DNA of 64,000 bases, taken from positions 7,945 through 71,944 of the forward strand of contig CAZGAX010000002.1 in NCBI GenBank assembly GCA_964523745.1, written 5' to 3'. This DNA comes from an uncultured Halobacteriales archaeon. GTDB taxonomy: Archaea; Halobacteriota; Halobacteria; Halobacteriales; Haloarculaceae. The translations under genes were made by a program, and so were the position numbers. The notes below the pieces were generated by a model. The model had not been told where the DNA came from and searched no databases. It saw nothing but the letters and a program-made list of their open reading frames with translations. Each line of letters opens with the position of its first letter. The first letter of the stretch is position 1. Below, one piece after another: positions 20,882 to 30,636 of this stretch.

Positions 20882-21093
20882 CCGGCCACAGGGACGCTGG
20901 TCGGTACTGGACGATGCCGAGGTCAGCGGGTCAGTAGGCTGTGATCCGGCCGTCGTGGCAGGTGACACGGCCTCGATCTCCGTCCGAGGCGAGTACTTCG
21001 TGGGATTGCTGAGGAACCCGGACGGTGGCGGCCCGTCACGGCGTCTCGCCAGTGATAGCGGGGCCGGGAGCTAACTCCGTACGGTTGCGGGTG

Positions 21094-21351
21094 CTATTCC
21101 CCGAGTTCGGCTACGTCCTCGGCGGTGACCTCGCGGTCGTCGGGCAGTTTCTCGGTGCAGGAAAAACACAGGAAGTGTTCGGTGCCGTCGGCGAGTTCCA
21201 GCGTGATGCCGCCCGTGGTATCCTTCTCAAGCGTCCAGATGTTGGCGATCCCGCCCGCTATCGGAACGTCCGTCCCACAGCCGTCGCAGGGCTGGCGGGC
21301 CATGAGCGATCCAGCGGGTCCAGGGTCATAGCGGTTGTCCTCTGGGGCCAC
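21094..21351 (-). CDS. Small zinc-finger protein (CxxC...CxxC)
   Basis: 85 aa: CDGCG ... CFSCTEKL, with an acidic C-terminus. This type is common as a small haloarchaeal protein. Confidence 0.65.
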   Translation of the reverse strand: MAPEDNRYDPGPAGSLMARQPCDGCGTDVPIAGGIANIWTLEKDTTGGITLELADGTEHFLCFSCTEKLPDDREVTAEDVAELGE

Positions 21352-21454
21352 GCCGGCGGGCTGGTTGCGTTACGCTATGGTGACGGTGGCGTCGCTACCG
21401 ACGTGGACGGTCGGGGCGGACTAGCGCGCTGTAGCGGTGCTACTCGCGACAGAA

Positions 21455-21628
21455 CTAGGACGACTGGATCTCTTTGAACTGGTCGAGCAAGTCCTCTGTG
21501 GATTCACCGGTATCGTACTCTACGCTTCCCTCGTACTCGGTGCGGTCGTCGTCGAAGCTGGCGTCGACCTCGGAGTTCTTGCGCTCACGACGTTCGTGTT
21601 CCTCTTCGTCATATGCTCCCATCGACAT
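21455..21628 (-). CDS. Small highly acidic protein (haloarchaeal conserved type, DUF5786-like)
   Basis: Start MSMGAYDEEEHERRERKNSEVD. 57 aa and Asp/Glu-rich. The family name is from memory only. Confidence 0.5.
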   Translation of the reverse strand: MSMGAYDEEEHERRERKNSEVDASFDDDRTEYEGSVEYDTGESTEDLLDQFKEIQSS

Positions 21629-21797
21629 TGGTAACCACACTCACCCTTGCCAGTTAGTGCCTATCAATGTAACGGTCATTCGTATCACAATTTTAGGCCG
21701 ATAATAAAGCCGAGAAACGTATAATCAGAGGCTCGAACGGCCGAATCGTGAACTCGTCAAATATCCAACTTGCGGCGAAAGCGGGGCAGCCGGATGC

Positions 21798-23786
21798 CTA
21801 CTCCGCCAGGTCGAGCGTGGTGGTCCGGTCCCAGGTCGTCTCGTCGATCACCGCGACCTGGCTCCCGGCGAAGACGTACAGGGAGTTTTCGACGTATCTC
21901 GCCCTGGTGGTCCGGTAGTCCATCGCCACGGAGGTGGTGATGTCGAGGGTGCCGTTGGCGTAGCTGACGACGTGGCCGTTCTCGCCCGCCGGGAGGAAGA
22001 ACACCTCGTGGCGGCGGTCGATGGTGAACGCGTGATGCGAGTTGCTCACTGCCGACCAGCGGGCGTCGAAGATCCGGGAGTCCTCGATCCTGGGGTTGGC
22101 GGGGTCAGAGACGTCGAACAGGACGGTCTTGACCTTCCCGTCCTCCTCGCCGATGCCCAGCACGTGGTTCTCGTCGATGGGATGGAGATAGTTCGAGAAT
22201 CCGGGTAGCTTCAGGGTGCCCACCTCCTCGGGGTTGGCGGGGTCCGAGAGGTCGACGACGTGGAGGGGGTCGACCCGGCGGAACGTGACGACGTATGCCG
22301 TGTCGTCGACGTACCGGACGGCGTAGACTCGCTGGTCTTCGCCCATTCCGGTGACGGCGCCCTGTCGCTCGAGGGTCTCGGCGTCGAGCGTGTAGAGGTC
22401 GTTGACGCTGGAGGCGTCGCCGGCCGCGGGAATCGTCGTGGCTACCCGGAGCGTGCCCTCGTGCTGGTCCATCGAGAACTGGTTCAGGGGACGGCCCGGG
22501 ACCGTGCTGGTCGTCTCGACGGCCAGGTCGGTGCCCTGGACGTCGACGCGGACGATGCCCGTCCGGTGGAGGGACCGCTGGCGGTCGGCCAGGTAGTCGC
22601 GGTACTGCTGTTCGAGTTCCGCACGGACCTCGGCGCGCTCGTCCTCGTCGAGCGAGGTCAGCCAGTTCCGGACGGCGCGTTCGATCTCCCGGCTCTCGGA
22701 GTACGACGAGATGTCGTAGGACCGGATCTCCCGGATGCGATTCTCCAGGGAGGCGGGGGTGCGGTCGAACTCCTCGAGGAAGAACGCGGCCCGGCGGTCG
22801 GCCCGGGAGACCGACTCGGTGTAGGTGACGTACAGCGCGTCGTGGGACATGTAGACCACCGTGTTGCGGTTCGTCCCGACGAAACTGGCCGAATCGTGGA
22901 CCGAACCGTCGCTGGCGTCGAGGGCGAAGGCCGTGTAGGTGGCGTCGACCGGGATCTGGCCGTTGGGATGGTAGACGGCGCCACAGTCGACGGGCGTCGA
23001 GTCGCCCAGCGGCGTCAGCGGACAGACGGGGTCGCTGCCGACGTTCGTCCGGGTGACGAGGTAGACGGTGCCGTTGCGTTCCCTGGCGGTGACGAGGGAG
23101 TCTTCGAGGGACTTCTCCCAGACCACCTTCGGATTCGAGGCGTTGCTGACGTCGTAGCCGAGGATGCGGTCGTGCTGGAAGACGAGCAGTCGGTCGCCGG
23201 TCTGGAGCATCCGCCCGGGGTGGTCGATGGCAGCGACGGCCTCGGGGTCTGCGGGCTGGCTGGCGTCGATGACGTAGCCCTCGCCCTCCCGGCGGACCTT
23301 CTTGTGCTCGCCGTCCTCTTCGACGACGACGGTGTGGTCGCCGGTCGACGGCGCGTAGAAGAAGTGCCGGCCGTCGGTCTTCACCAGGTCGGGTTCGTCG
23401 AGGCCGGCGACCTGGACGTTCGTCTCGCCGATGCGGTCGGGGGCCTCGACCTTGGCGCTCGATCCACCGGCGTCGGCGGTCGGCGCTCCGGCCTCGAGGG
23501 CCACGTCGCCGCCGTCGGCGCCGCCGGACCGGGACGTGAAGACGACGTGGTGGCCCCCGGAGCGTCGCTGGCCCGCCCGGACGTACTCGGCGAAGGCTGA
23601 TTCGGAGCCGAACTGTTCGACGCTGGCGTCGCCGTCGAGGACCGAGTTCGGCGAATCGGGCGAGTCGGCGTGTGGGCCGGCATCGGCGCCCGGTGCCGCC
23701 GGGCCGATGGCCGTGACGGCCGCGCCGACGCCCAGGACCGCACCGAGGAGGACGCCGACGACGAGCAGGGTTGACTGGCGTGACAT
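21798..23786 (-). CDS. Secreted/membrane-anchored beta-propeller domain protein
   Basis: 662 aa with an N-terminal hydrophobic signal/anchor (LLVVGVLLGAVLGVGAAV). The C-terminal half has repeated strand motifs typical of the Beta_propel family (YVVTFRRVDPLHVVDLSDP, GFSNYLHPI). Confidence 0.65.
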   Translation of the reverse strand: MSRQSTLLVVGVLLGAVLGVGAAVTAIGPAAPGADAGPHADSPDSPNSVLDGDASVEQFGSESAFAEYVRAGQRRSGGHHVVFTSRSGGADGGDVALEAGAPTADAGGSSAKVEAPDRIGETNVQVAGLDEPDLVKTDGRHFFYAPSTGDHTVVVEEDGEHKKVRREGEGYVIDASQPADPEAVAAIDHPGRMLQTGDRLLVFQHDRILGYDVSNASNPKVVWEKSLEDSLVTARERNGTVYLVTRTNVGSDPVCPLTPLGDSTPVDCGAVYHPNGQIPVDATYTAFALDASDGSVHDSASFVGTNRNTVVYMSHDALYVTYTESVSRADRRAAFFLEEFDRTPASLENRIREIRSYDISSYSESREIERAVRNWLTSLDEDERAEVRAELEQQYRDYLADRQRSLHRTGIVRVDVQGTDLAVETTSTVPGRPLNQFSMDQHEGTLRVATTIPAAGDASSVNDLYTLDAETLERQGAVTGMGEDQRVYAVRYVDDTAYVVTFRRVDPLHVVDLSDPANPEEVGTLKLPGFSNYLHPIDENHVLGIGEEDGKVKTVLFDVSDPANPRIEDSRIFDARWSAVSNSHHAFTIDRRHEVFFLPAGENGHVVSYANGTLDITTSVAMDYRTTRARYVENSLYVFAGSQVAVIDETTWDRTTTLDLAE

Positions 23787-23932
23787 ACCAGTTCCTGGGA
23801 CCGACGTGACGCTTAAGCTACCGTTGGCTCAAACCGCCGTTTGAGTGACCGGCGAGCGGCTCGTATCGAGTCCGGACCCGACCGGGAGGACGCAACGCAA
23901 CACACTAGTGGCGTGACAATCTACCTCGGCGC

Positions 23933-24919
23933 GTGGCAGGGCCGATCCGCCTCCGGAAATCGCACGAGTCGTGGAGCGTCGGCCGCGTCGAACGCGAGTT
24001 GCTGAAACCCCTGGACGACCGATTCGGGGCTACGCTCTCGCCTCCCTGGTTCAAACCGCCCGGTGGCTTCGAGGCCCGTCGGCTGGAGATGGACAACGGC
24101 GACCTGGCCCTCTTCTGCTGGAGCGATTCGCAGGCGTACTGGCTGGGCAACACGGAGACGCCCGAAGCCCTCTGGCGGACGGACAAGGTGACCTTCGACG
24201 AGGCGCCCTACGACGTCGCCCGGTGGGCCCAGCGCGAACTCCTGGCCAGCCTCCACGAGGACGAGCCCTGGCTGGCCGACTACGACCACCTCTCGTGGTT
24301 TTTCCTGCCGGTGTTTTGCTCCAAGGACGGCCGTGAGACGACGCGGGCCTTCTTCCGCGACCACTCGGCGGGCTTTCCCGACGCCGACCGCGACGAAGCG
24401 CTGCAGTTCTACGAGGACTTCCTGAAAACGGGCGTGCTCGACGACTACCGGTACACGATGGCCGCGAAGCTGGGGACCAGCGAGCGCAACGACCTCGTCA
24501 GGATGGGGGCGACCATGGCGGAGTTCAACGCCGCGAAGCTACTCCGGGACGCCGGTCACGACTTCCAGCCGGAGGTCGAACTGGACTCGGGCCACGCCCT
24601 GGATTATCGGGTTGCCGACACGCTCGTCGAGGTGACGCGGCCGTCGCCGCCGAGTGAACGGCGTGCTGGGACGCCAGCGAGTGCCCTCCGGGAGACTGTC
24701 GATGGGAAGACCAGAGACCAGCTGAAGGCCCACGAGGGGGCCGTGCTGCTGGTCGACTGTTCGAGCTTCAGGGACGACGAGTGGCAGAGCCTGCTGGCGG
24801 AGAAGCCCGACCCCGGGTACAAGCCTGCGGCGGTCTATCGGCTGCGGCCGGACGGACGGGTCGAGGGCTACACGACCGGTCGGATGCCGCTGGACCTGGA
24901 CTCGCTGTTCGAGAACTGA
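23933..24919 (+). CDS. Conserved hypothetical protein; C-terminal part possibly a PD-(D/E)xK-like fold
   Basis: 328-aa acidic ORF with good coding character. The nuclease-fold idea rests only on the pattern GHALDYRV...LVEVTR. Confidence 0.6.
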   Translation: MAGPIRLRKSHESWSVGRVERELLKPLDDRFGATLSPPWFKPPGGFEARRLEMDNGDLALFCWSDSQAYWLGNTETPEALWRTDKVTFDEAPYDVARWAQRELLASLHEDEPWLADYDHLSWFFLPVFCSKDGRETTRAFFRDHSAGFPDADRDEALQFYEDFLKTGVLDDYRYTMAAKLGTSERNDLVRMGATMAEFNAAKLLRDAGHDFQPEVELDSGHALDYRVADTLVEVTRPSPPSERRAGTPASALRETVDGKTRDQLKAHEGAVLLVDCSSFRDDEWQSLLAEKPDPGYKPAAVYRLRPDGRVEGYTTGRMPLDLDSLFEN

Positions 24920-24968
24920 GCGTCGACTGCGATACAGTTTGCTGGAACAGATAGGGACTGACCGACAG

Positions 24969-25249
24969 CACCGCAAACAGCCAGAAAGCCCCGACTGTCT
25001 CGACTCGGTGCGCCGGCTGCGCTCCTCGCTCGTTTCACTCGCTGCGGTGCTTGACCGCCGCGCCTTCGTCGAGACAGTCGCCCCTTTCAGTCCCACCCCG
25101 TAGCTCGACTGGCCAGCCGAAACGGGTGGGACTGAAAGGGGCCGGTCGCTCGGTGGCATCTGAGGAAGCAAGCACCGCAGGCCGGAGGCCGAGGAGCGCA
25201 GCGACTCAGGGCCGCCGAGCGACCGGGGGCTTTCTGGCGGTTTGCGGTG
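24969..25249. repeat. 281-bp nested inverted repeat able to fold as a four-way junction (outer stem + three hairpins)
   Basis: Outer arms 24969-24992 / 25225-25249 match at 23 of 24 positions. Hairpin A is 24992-25004 / 25068-25080 (13 bp perfect). Hairpin B is 25081-25098 / 25124-25141 (18 bp perfect). Hairpin C is 25142-25153 / 25215-25226 (12 bp perfect). Confidence 0.85.
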
Positions 25250-25338
25250 CCAGCAGCAGTCACGACACGATTACCTGGCGCCATTCCATTTATATACCCT
25301 CGACGGAATCACGCAGACAGCAAGGGAGTCACGGGCAG

Positions 25339-26427
25339 ATGGTACGCATCCTCCACACGGCCGACGTCCACCTGGACCCCGACCACCCGGAGCGAGTCGA
25401 CGCCCTCGAATCGGTCCTCGAACTCGCCACCGAGGAGGGGGTCGACGTGCTCACCATCGGCGGCGACCTGTTCGACAGCGAGCGGGCCGCCGAAGACCTC
25501 CGGAGCGACTTCCGGACCCTGTTTTCCGACCTCCCGTTCTCCGTCCTCGCCATCCCCGGCAACCACGACGCCGCAGCGTTCCGGGACGACCTCTTCTTCG
25601 GCGAGGACTTCGAGGCGGCGGTCACCGAACCCTTCGGCCACCACGAGTTCGACGAAACCCGGGTGACCACGGTACCCTATCGGGCCGGCGACCCCGACGA
25701 GGTCCTCCTGGCCCTCGCAGACCGCGATCCCCACGACGGCCCGGAGGTACTCGTCCTCCACTGTAGCCTCGAAGCGCCGGTCGACTCGACGGCGGGCGAC
25801 GAGGGCGACGTCCGGTACTTCCCGGTCGACCGCCACCAGCTGGCCGAACTGGACTTCGACTACTGCCTGGCGGGGCACTTCCACTCGGCCCACGAACTCG
25901 CCCTCCCCAGGGGCGGCCGGTTCGTCTATCCCGGCAGCCCTGCCTCCGTGACGAGGGCCGAGCAGGGCCGGCGCGGCGCCGTCCTCGTCGACACCGGGGA
26001 AGCATCCGTCGACCGGCGGCGCCTCGACACGTTCCACTACGACCGCCTCGACCTGACCGTGACGCCGGGCGAGGAGGCAGCGGTTCTCGAGACGATCGAT
26101 TCACGGACGACGGCCTGGGCCGACCGGCACGTCGACGCCGCGGTCACCGTCGATGGGTTCGTGGCGATGCCCGAAGCGGAGTTCCACGACGACCTCCAGG
26201 CTGCCAGCGGCGGATTTCCGCTGGACGACCGGACCAGGACCGTCGGCTGGCTGGAGTCACACGGGCTCTACGATGCAATCGAGGACGAACTGGCCGACCG
26301 CGACCTCCCGACAGACGCCGTCGAGGGCGATAGTGAGGACTACGCCCCCGATGCCTTCGAAGGAGACGTCCGGAGGGCGCTGCTGGCAGCGTTCTCGGCG
26401 CTCGAAGCGGAGGGTCGGCTCTCGTGA
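25339..26427 (+). CDS. Calcineurin-like metallophosphoesterase, SbcD/Mre11-like nuclease subunit
   Basis: Start MVRILHTADVHLD. Motifs appear in order: DVH, GGDLFD, GNHD, VLHCS, GHFH. The stop overlaps the start of the following ATPase gene. Confidence 0.8.
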   Translation: MVRILHTADVHLDPDHPERVDALESVLELATEEGVDVLTIGGDLFDSERAAEDLRSDFRTLFSDLPFSVLAIPGNHDAAAFRDDLFFGEDFEAAVTEPFGHHEFDETRVTTVPYRAGDPDEVLLALADRDPHDGPEVLVLHCSLEAPVDSTAGDEGDVRYFPVDRHQLAELDFDYCLAGHFHSAHELALPRGGRFVYPGSPASVTRAEQGRRGAVLVDTGEASVDRRRLDTFHYDRLDLTVTPGEEAAVLETIDSRTTAWADRHVDAAVTVDGFVAMPEAEFHDDLQAASGGFPLDDRTRTVGWLESHGLYDAIEDELADRDLPTDAVEGDSEDYAPDAFEGDVRRALLAAFSALEAEGRLS

Positions 26428-28715
26428 ACCTCGAGTCGATCCGACTGGACCGCTATGGACCCCTCGGCGGCTTCGAGCACGACACCGACGGCGGCCTGGA
26501 AGTACTCTACGGCCCGAACGAGGCGGGAAAGACCCTCCTGCTCGAAGGCATCCTCCGGTTGCTCGCGCCGGACGGCGCGGACGCCTTCGACCGCCTCGAC
26601 AGGGTCGACGACGACCCCGTCGGGACGGTGGTGCTGTCCCGGAGCGAGGACGAAATTACCTTCGAGGGCGAAAAGATGCTGGCAGACGAAGTGGGCGTGA
26701 CGGCCAGGGAACTGCGCAACGTCTTCGTCGTGCGGGACAGCGACCTGCGGCTGGACGGCGAACACGCCTTCTACGACTCGGTGACCGACCGCATCGGCGA
26801 CCTGCACACCAGCGAACTCGACGCGCTCCGGGACGAACTGGTCGAGCAGGGTCGGCTGACGCCGACGCGGCTCGACCTGGCGTCGGCAGAAGACCACCAC
26901 GACGTCAGTGCCGTTCGCGACGAGGCGAGCGACCTTGCCAGCGAGATGCGCAACTACGTCGAGACCGCCGAGAGCGAGGACTACGACGAACTGGAGGCGC
27001 GGCTGCTGTCGGTTCGAGGGGAACTCCGTAGCGCCGAGGACGAGCTTGCGGCCCAGCAAGCGGCCCAGGAGGCCCACCGCCACCGGCAGCTGGCCGAGCG
27101 GCTGGAAACCTACCGGGAGGCGACCGACGCCCTGGGGGCAGCGAACGTCACCGAAGACGACCTGGAGCGACTCAAAGACCACCAGCGGACCGTCGAGACG
27201 GCGACGGAAACGATCGAATCCCTGGGAGTGGACCTCGAGGAGCGTCGGGGGAACGTGGCCGACCTCGAAGGGCGTCTCGAGGAGGTGGAAACGGAACTAC
27301 AGCCACTGGAGCGACGCGAATCCGAGGTGTCGGCGGTGGCGGATGCCTACGGCGAAGCGCCGGTCGGAGACGGCGCGGAACCCGGCCAGCAGGCACTCTG
27401 GTTCGCTGCCGGACTGGCCATCGCCGGCGTCGCCAGCGGCGGCCTGGGTGCGGCGGTCGGAGCGGCGCCCGTCGGCCTGGCGGCGCTGCTCGTCGGCGTC
27501 CTCGCGCTCGTCGGCTGGCTGGTGCTCTACCGACGTCGGCGGGCCCACCGACGGGCGGCGGCCGACCTGCAGTCGAGAGCCAGCGAGGCGGGGCTGGACG
27601 TCGAGTCAGTCGGGGACGTTCCGCGAGCAGTGACGGACTTCGACGACCGCCTGGCGAGGCTCCGGCGTGAACGCGACGACCTGGCCGAGGACCTGCGACT
27701 GGCGCGGTCACGGCTGAACGACTGCGAGGAGAACCTGGCGGAGGCACGGGAGCGGCGGGACGCGGCCCGGGACCAGATCGACGCGTTCCTGGCCGACGCC
27801 GGTTTCGAGAGCGTCGCTGCCTGCGAGGCCGCGGTCGAGGCTCGCCAGGCGGCCGTCACCGAGCGCCAGACGGCAAACGAAATCCTCGCAGGTGGGCTCG
27901 GCGAGCCGGACGCAGCCGACCCCGGCGAGCGGATCGACTACTGGGAGTCGGCGCTCGCGGAGCTGGAACCGGGGGACGCGGTCGACCCCGACGACTTCGA
28001 CGAGGGCCGCCTCGCCGACCTCGAAGCGGCCGTCGCGGAACGCTCCGAGCGCAAAGAGCGCCTCGCCGACGAGCTTGCCGACCACCGGGACCGGCTCCGG
28101 GCGTTCGAACGACGGGTGGCGGGGCTGGTGACGGAGCCGTTCGTCGAGGAGGACCTGACGCTCTCGGCCAGGACCGTGGCGGGAATCGAGCGGACGGCTG
28201 ACGACCTCGAACGGCTGGTCGCGACCGTCGACCGGGAGGCCGACGTGGCCCGGGAAGCCATCGACGTCGTCGAGACGGTTCGGGACGCAGAACAGGAGAA
28301 GATAGCCGACCTGTTCGGCGGGCAAGGGCGGGCCGCCGAAGTGTTCGGCCGGATCACCGACGGTCGGTACACCGGCGTGACCTACGACGCCGGGGCGGAG
28401 ACGCTGTGCGTCCACCGGGGCGACGGCGAGACGCGACGGCCGGCACAGTTGAGCCACGGGGCGACGGCCCAGCTGTACCTCGCCGCGAGGGTGTCCCTCG
28501 CCGAGCAGTTGCTCGGCGGCGAGCCGGGGTTTTTCCTGCTGGACGACCCGTTTCTTCCCGCCGACCACGACAGACTCCACAGCGGGTTCGACGTGCTCGC
28601 GGACCTGGCGGCGGCCGGCTGGCAGGTCCTCTACCTGACGGCCAAGCGCGAAGTCGGCGAGGGCGTCGTCGAGCGCCTGGGACTGAGGCGACGGCGACTC
28701 GACGGACCGCTATGA
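26424..28715 (+). CDS. SMC-like AAA ATPase (SbcC/Rad50/YhaN-like) with a central double-TM hairpin
   Basis: 763 aa with Walker A GPNEAGKT, long heptad-like Glu/Arg/Leu-rich arms, and signature/Walker B SHGATAQLYL...FFLLDDPF. The mid-protein segment ALWFAAGLAIAGVASGG...LAALLVGVLALVGWLVLYRRRR replaces a CxxC hook. Confidence 0.8.
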   Translation: MNLESIRLDRYGPLGGFEHDTDGGLEVLYGPNEAGKTLLLEGILRLLAPDGADAFDRLDRVDDDPVGTVVLSRSEDEITFEGEKMLADEVGVTARELRNVFVVRDSDLRLDGEHAFYDSVTDRIGDLHTSELDALRDELVEQGRLTPTRLDLASAEDHHDVSAVRDEASDLASEMRNYVETAESEDYDELEARLLSVRGELRSAEDELAAQQAAQEAHRHRQLAERLETYREATDALGAANVTEDDLERLKDHQRTVETATETIESLGVDLEERRGNVADLEGRLEEVETELQPLERRESEVSAVADAYGEAPVGDGAEPGQQALWFAAGLAIAGVASGGLGAAVGAAPVGLAALLVGVLALVGWLVLYRRRRAHRRAAADLQSRASEAGLDVESVGDVPRAVTDFDDRLARLRRERDDLAEDLRLARSRLNDCEENLAEARERRDAARDQIDAFLADAGFESVAACEAAVEARQAAVTERQTANEILAGGLGEPDAADPGERIDYWESALAELEPGDAVDPDDFDEGRLADLEAAVAERSERKERLADELADHRDRLRAFERRVAGLVTEPFVEEDLTLSARTVAGIERTADDLERLVATVDREADVAREAIDVVETVRDAEQEKIADLFGGQGRAAEVFGRITDGRYTGVTYDAGAETLCVHRGDGETRRPAQLSHGATAQLYLAARVSLAEQLLGGEPGFFLLDDPFLPADHDRLHSGFDVLADLAAAGWQVLYLTAKREVGEGVVERLGLRRRRLDGPL

Positions 28716-28842
28716 CGGGCCGTCGTCCGGGAGCCGGCGCCTCGAAAGGGTTCACGAGAACTCCGGAGGGCTCGGGAGTCCGTCCGACCAATCATCAGGA
28801 TTATGTACGGCACATGCCAAGCATTGAAGACATACTGGGTCA

Positions 28843-30636
28843 ATGACCTCAGGGAGTTCTGGCACACTTGACGCGACGACCAGGCGGCAAGTGATAGCCG
28901 CCGGTGTGGCCGGTGTAGGCGTCGCGACGAGCGGCTGCCTCCAGCGCGTCCGGAGCCTCGTGGGTCGACCCGCGAGCGACCAGGTGTCCCTGACGATCAA
29001 GACCATGCCGGCCGACGCCGACGCGCAGGCGACCCGGATCGCCCGGACGCTGGCGACCAACCTCGAGGCGGTCGGCGTCAAGGCCAACATCGCGCTGATG
29101 CCACGGGAGGAACTCCGACGGGACGTCCTCACCGGGGGCAAGTACGACATCTACGTCGACCAGTGTCCGACCTACCCCGACCCCGACTACCTCCGGCCGC
29201 TGCTCGCCTCCCGGTTCAAGGGCGAACCCGGCTGGCAGAACCCCTACGAGTTCACCAACCTGGAAGTGGACGAACTGCTGACCGAACAGCGCAAGGCCAG
29301 CGGCGGAGCTCGTCGCCGGATCGTCAACGAGATCCAGGACGAGATCGCCCGACTCCAGCCGTTTACGATCGTCGCGATACCGACGGAGATCAGCGCCGTC
29401 CGGGCGGACCGGTTCGTCGGCTGGAACGGCTTCGGCCTGAGTTCGCCGCTGAGCTACGTCGCACTCGAACGAGCCGACGAGACGGGGCCGGCCGGCAAAC
29501 TCCGCGTGACCGTCACCGACAGCCGGATCACCGAGAACCTCAATCCCATCGCCGTCGAGTTCCGCGACCGGGGGACGTTCACCGGGTTGCTGTACGACTC
29601 GCTCGCCCGGTGGATCCACGGTGAGGTCCGGCCGTGGGCGGCCGAATCCTGGACGTGGCAGGACGAAGGCGAGACCGTGGCGACGGTCACGCTGCGGGAG
29701 GGGCTCACGTGGCACGACGGGACGGACCTGACGGTCTCAGACGTCGCATTCACCTACCGGTTCCTCCAGGACACGACGCTCGGCGACGACGGTCCGGCGG
29801 TACCGGCCCCGAGATTCCGCGGCCGGACGTCGCTGGTGACCGAGGCCGAGGTGTTCGACGACCGAACCGTCCGGCTACACTTCGGCGAGACGACGCCGGA
29901 GGTGGCCCGACGAGCGCTGACGGTCCCCGTCCTCCCGCGCCACGAGTGGAAGCCCCGGACCGACGAGGCCGACATCGCCGGCGTCGACGTGAACAACCGC
30001 GTGACCGAGGCGCTGGTCTGGGCGAACGCCGAGCCGGTGGGTAGCGGCCCGCTCCGATTCGAACGCCTCGTCCAGAAGGAGGCGCTCGTCCTCTCGCGGT
30101 ACGACGATCACTTCCTCCACGGCGACCCGCCGGAGAACCTGGTCGAGTTCGTCGGCGCCGGCGTCCCGTACGAACAGCTGAGCGCCCGGGTCGTCCCCTC
30201 CGACGCCGCCGCCATCGAACTCCTGGCAGCGAACGAGGCCGACGCCACCGCCTCCAGCACGAACCCGGCAGTCGTCCCCCGCATCGGTCGGAACGACTCC
30301 CTGAAGCTACTCGTCGACCGGTCCCCGTCGTTCTACCACATCGGATACAATACGCGCCAGGAGCCGCTCGGCAATCCCCACTTCCGGCGGACGGTCTCCC
30401 GGCTGGTGGACAAGTTACACGTCGTCGACGAGGTCTTCAAGGGCTACGCGGAGCCGGCGGCGAGTCCCCTCGCCGGCACCAAGTGGACTGCGCCGTCACT
30501 GGAGTGGGACGACGCCGACCCCGTCATGCCGTTCCTGGGCGAGAACGGCGACCTGAACGTGCCAGCCGCCCGGGAACTCCTCCGGGAGGCAGGCTTCAAG
30601 TACGACGACCACGACCGCCTCCTCCACCAGCGATGA
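28843..30636 (+). CDS. ABC transporter substrate-binding protein, family 5 (peptide/nickel type), Tat-lipoprotein
   Basis: 597 aa. TRRQVIAAGVAGVGVATSGC gives the Tat motif plus lipobox. There is SBP_bac_5-like sequence throughout. No cognate permease or ATPase genes are adjacent. Confidence 0.75.
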   Translation: MTSGSSGTLDATTRRQVIAAGVAGVGVATSGCLQRVRSLVGRPASDQVSLTIKTMPADADAQATRIARTLATNLEAVGVKANIALMPREELRRDVLTGGKYDIYVDQCPTYPDPDYLRPLLASRFKGEPGWQNPYEFTNLEVDELLTEQRKASGGARRRIVNEIQDEIARLQPFTIVAIPTEISAVRADRFVGWNGFGLSSPLSYVALERADETGPAGKLRVTVTDSRITENLNPIAVEFRDRGTFTGLLYDSLARWIHGEVRPWAAESWTWQDEGETVATVTLREGLTWHDGTDLTVSDVAFTYRFLQDTTLGDDGPAVPAPRFRGRTSLVTEAEVFDDRTVRLHFGETTPEVARRALTVPVLPRHEWKPRTDEADIAGVDVNNRVTEALVWANAEPVGSGPLRFERLVQKEALVLSRYDDHFLHGDPPENLVEFVGAGVPYEQLSARVVPSDAAAIELLAANEADATASSTNPAVVPRIGRNDSLKLLVDRSPSFYHIGYNTRQEPLGNPHFRRTVSRLVDKLHVVDEVFKGYAEPAASPLAGTKWTAPSLEWDDADPVMPFLGENGDLNVPAARELLREAGFKYDDHDRLLHQR

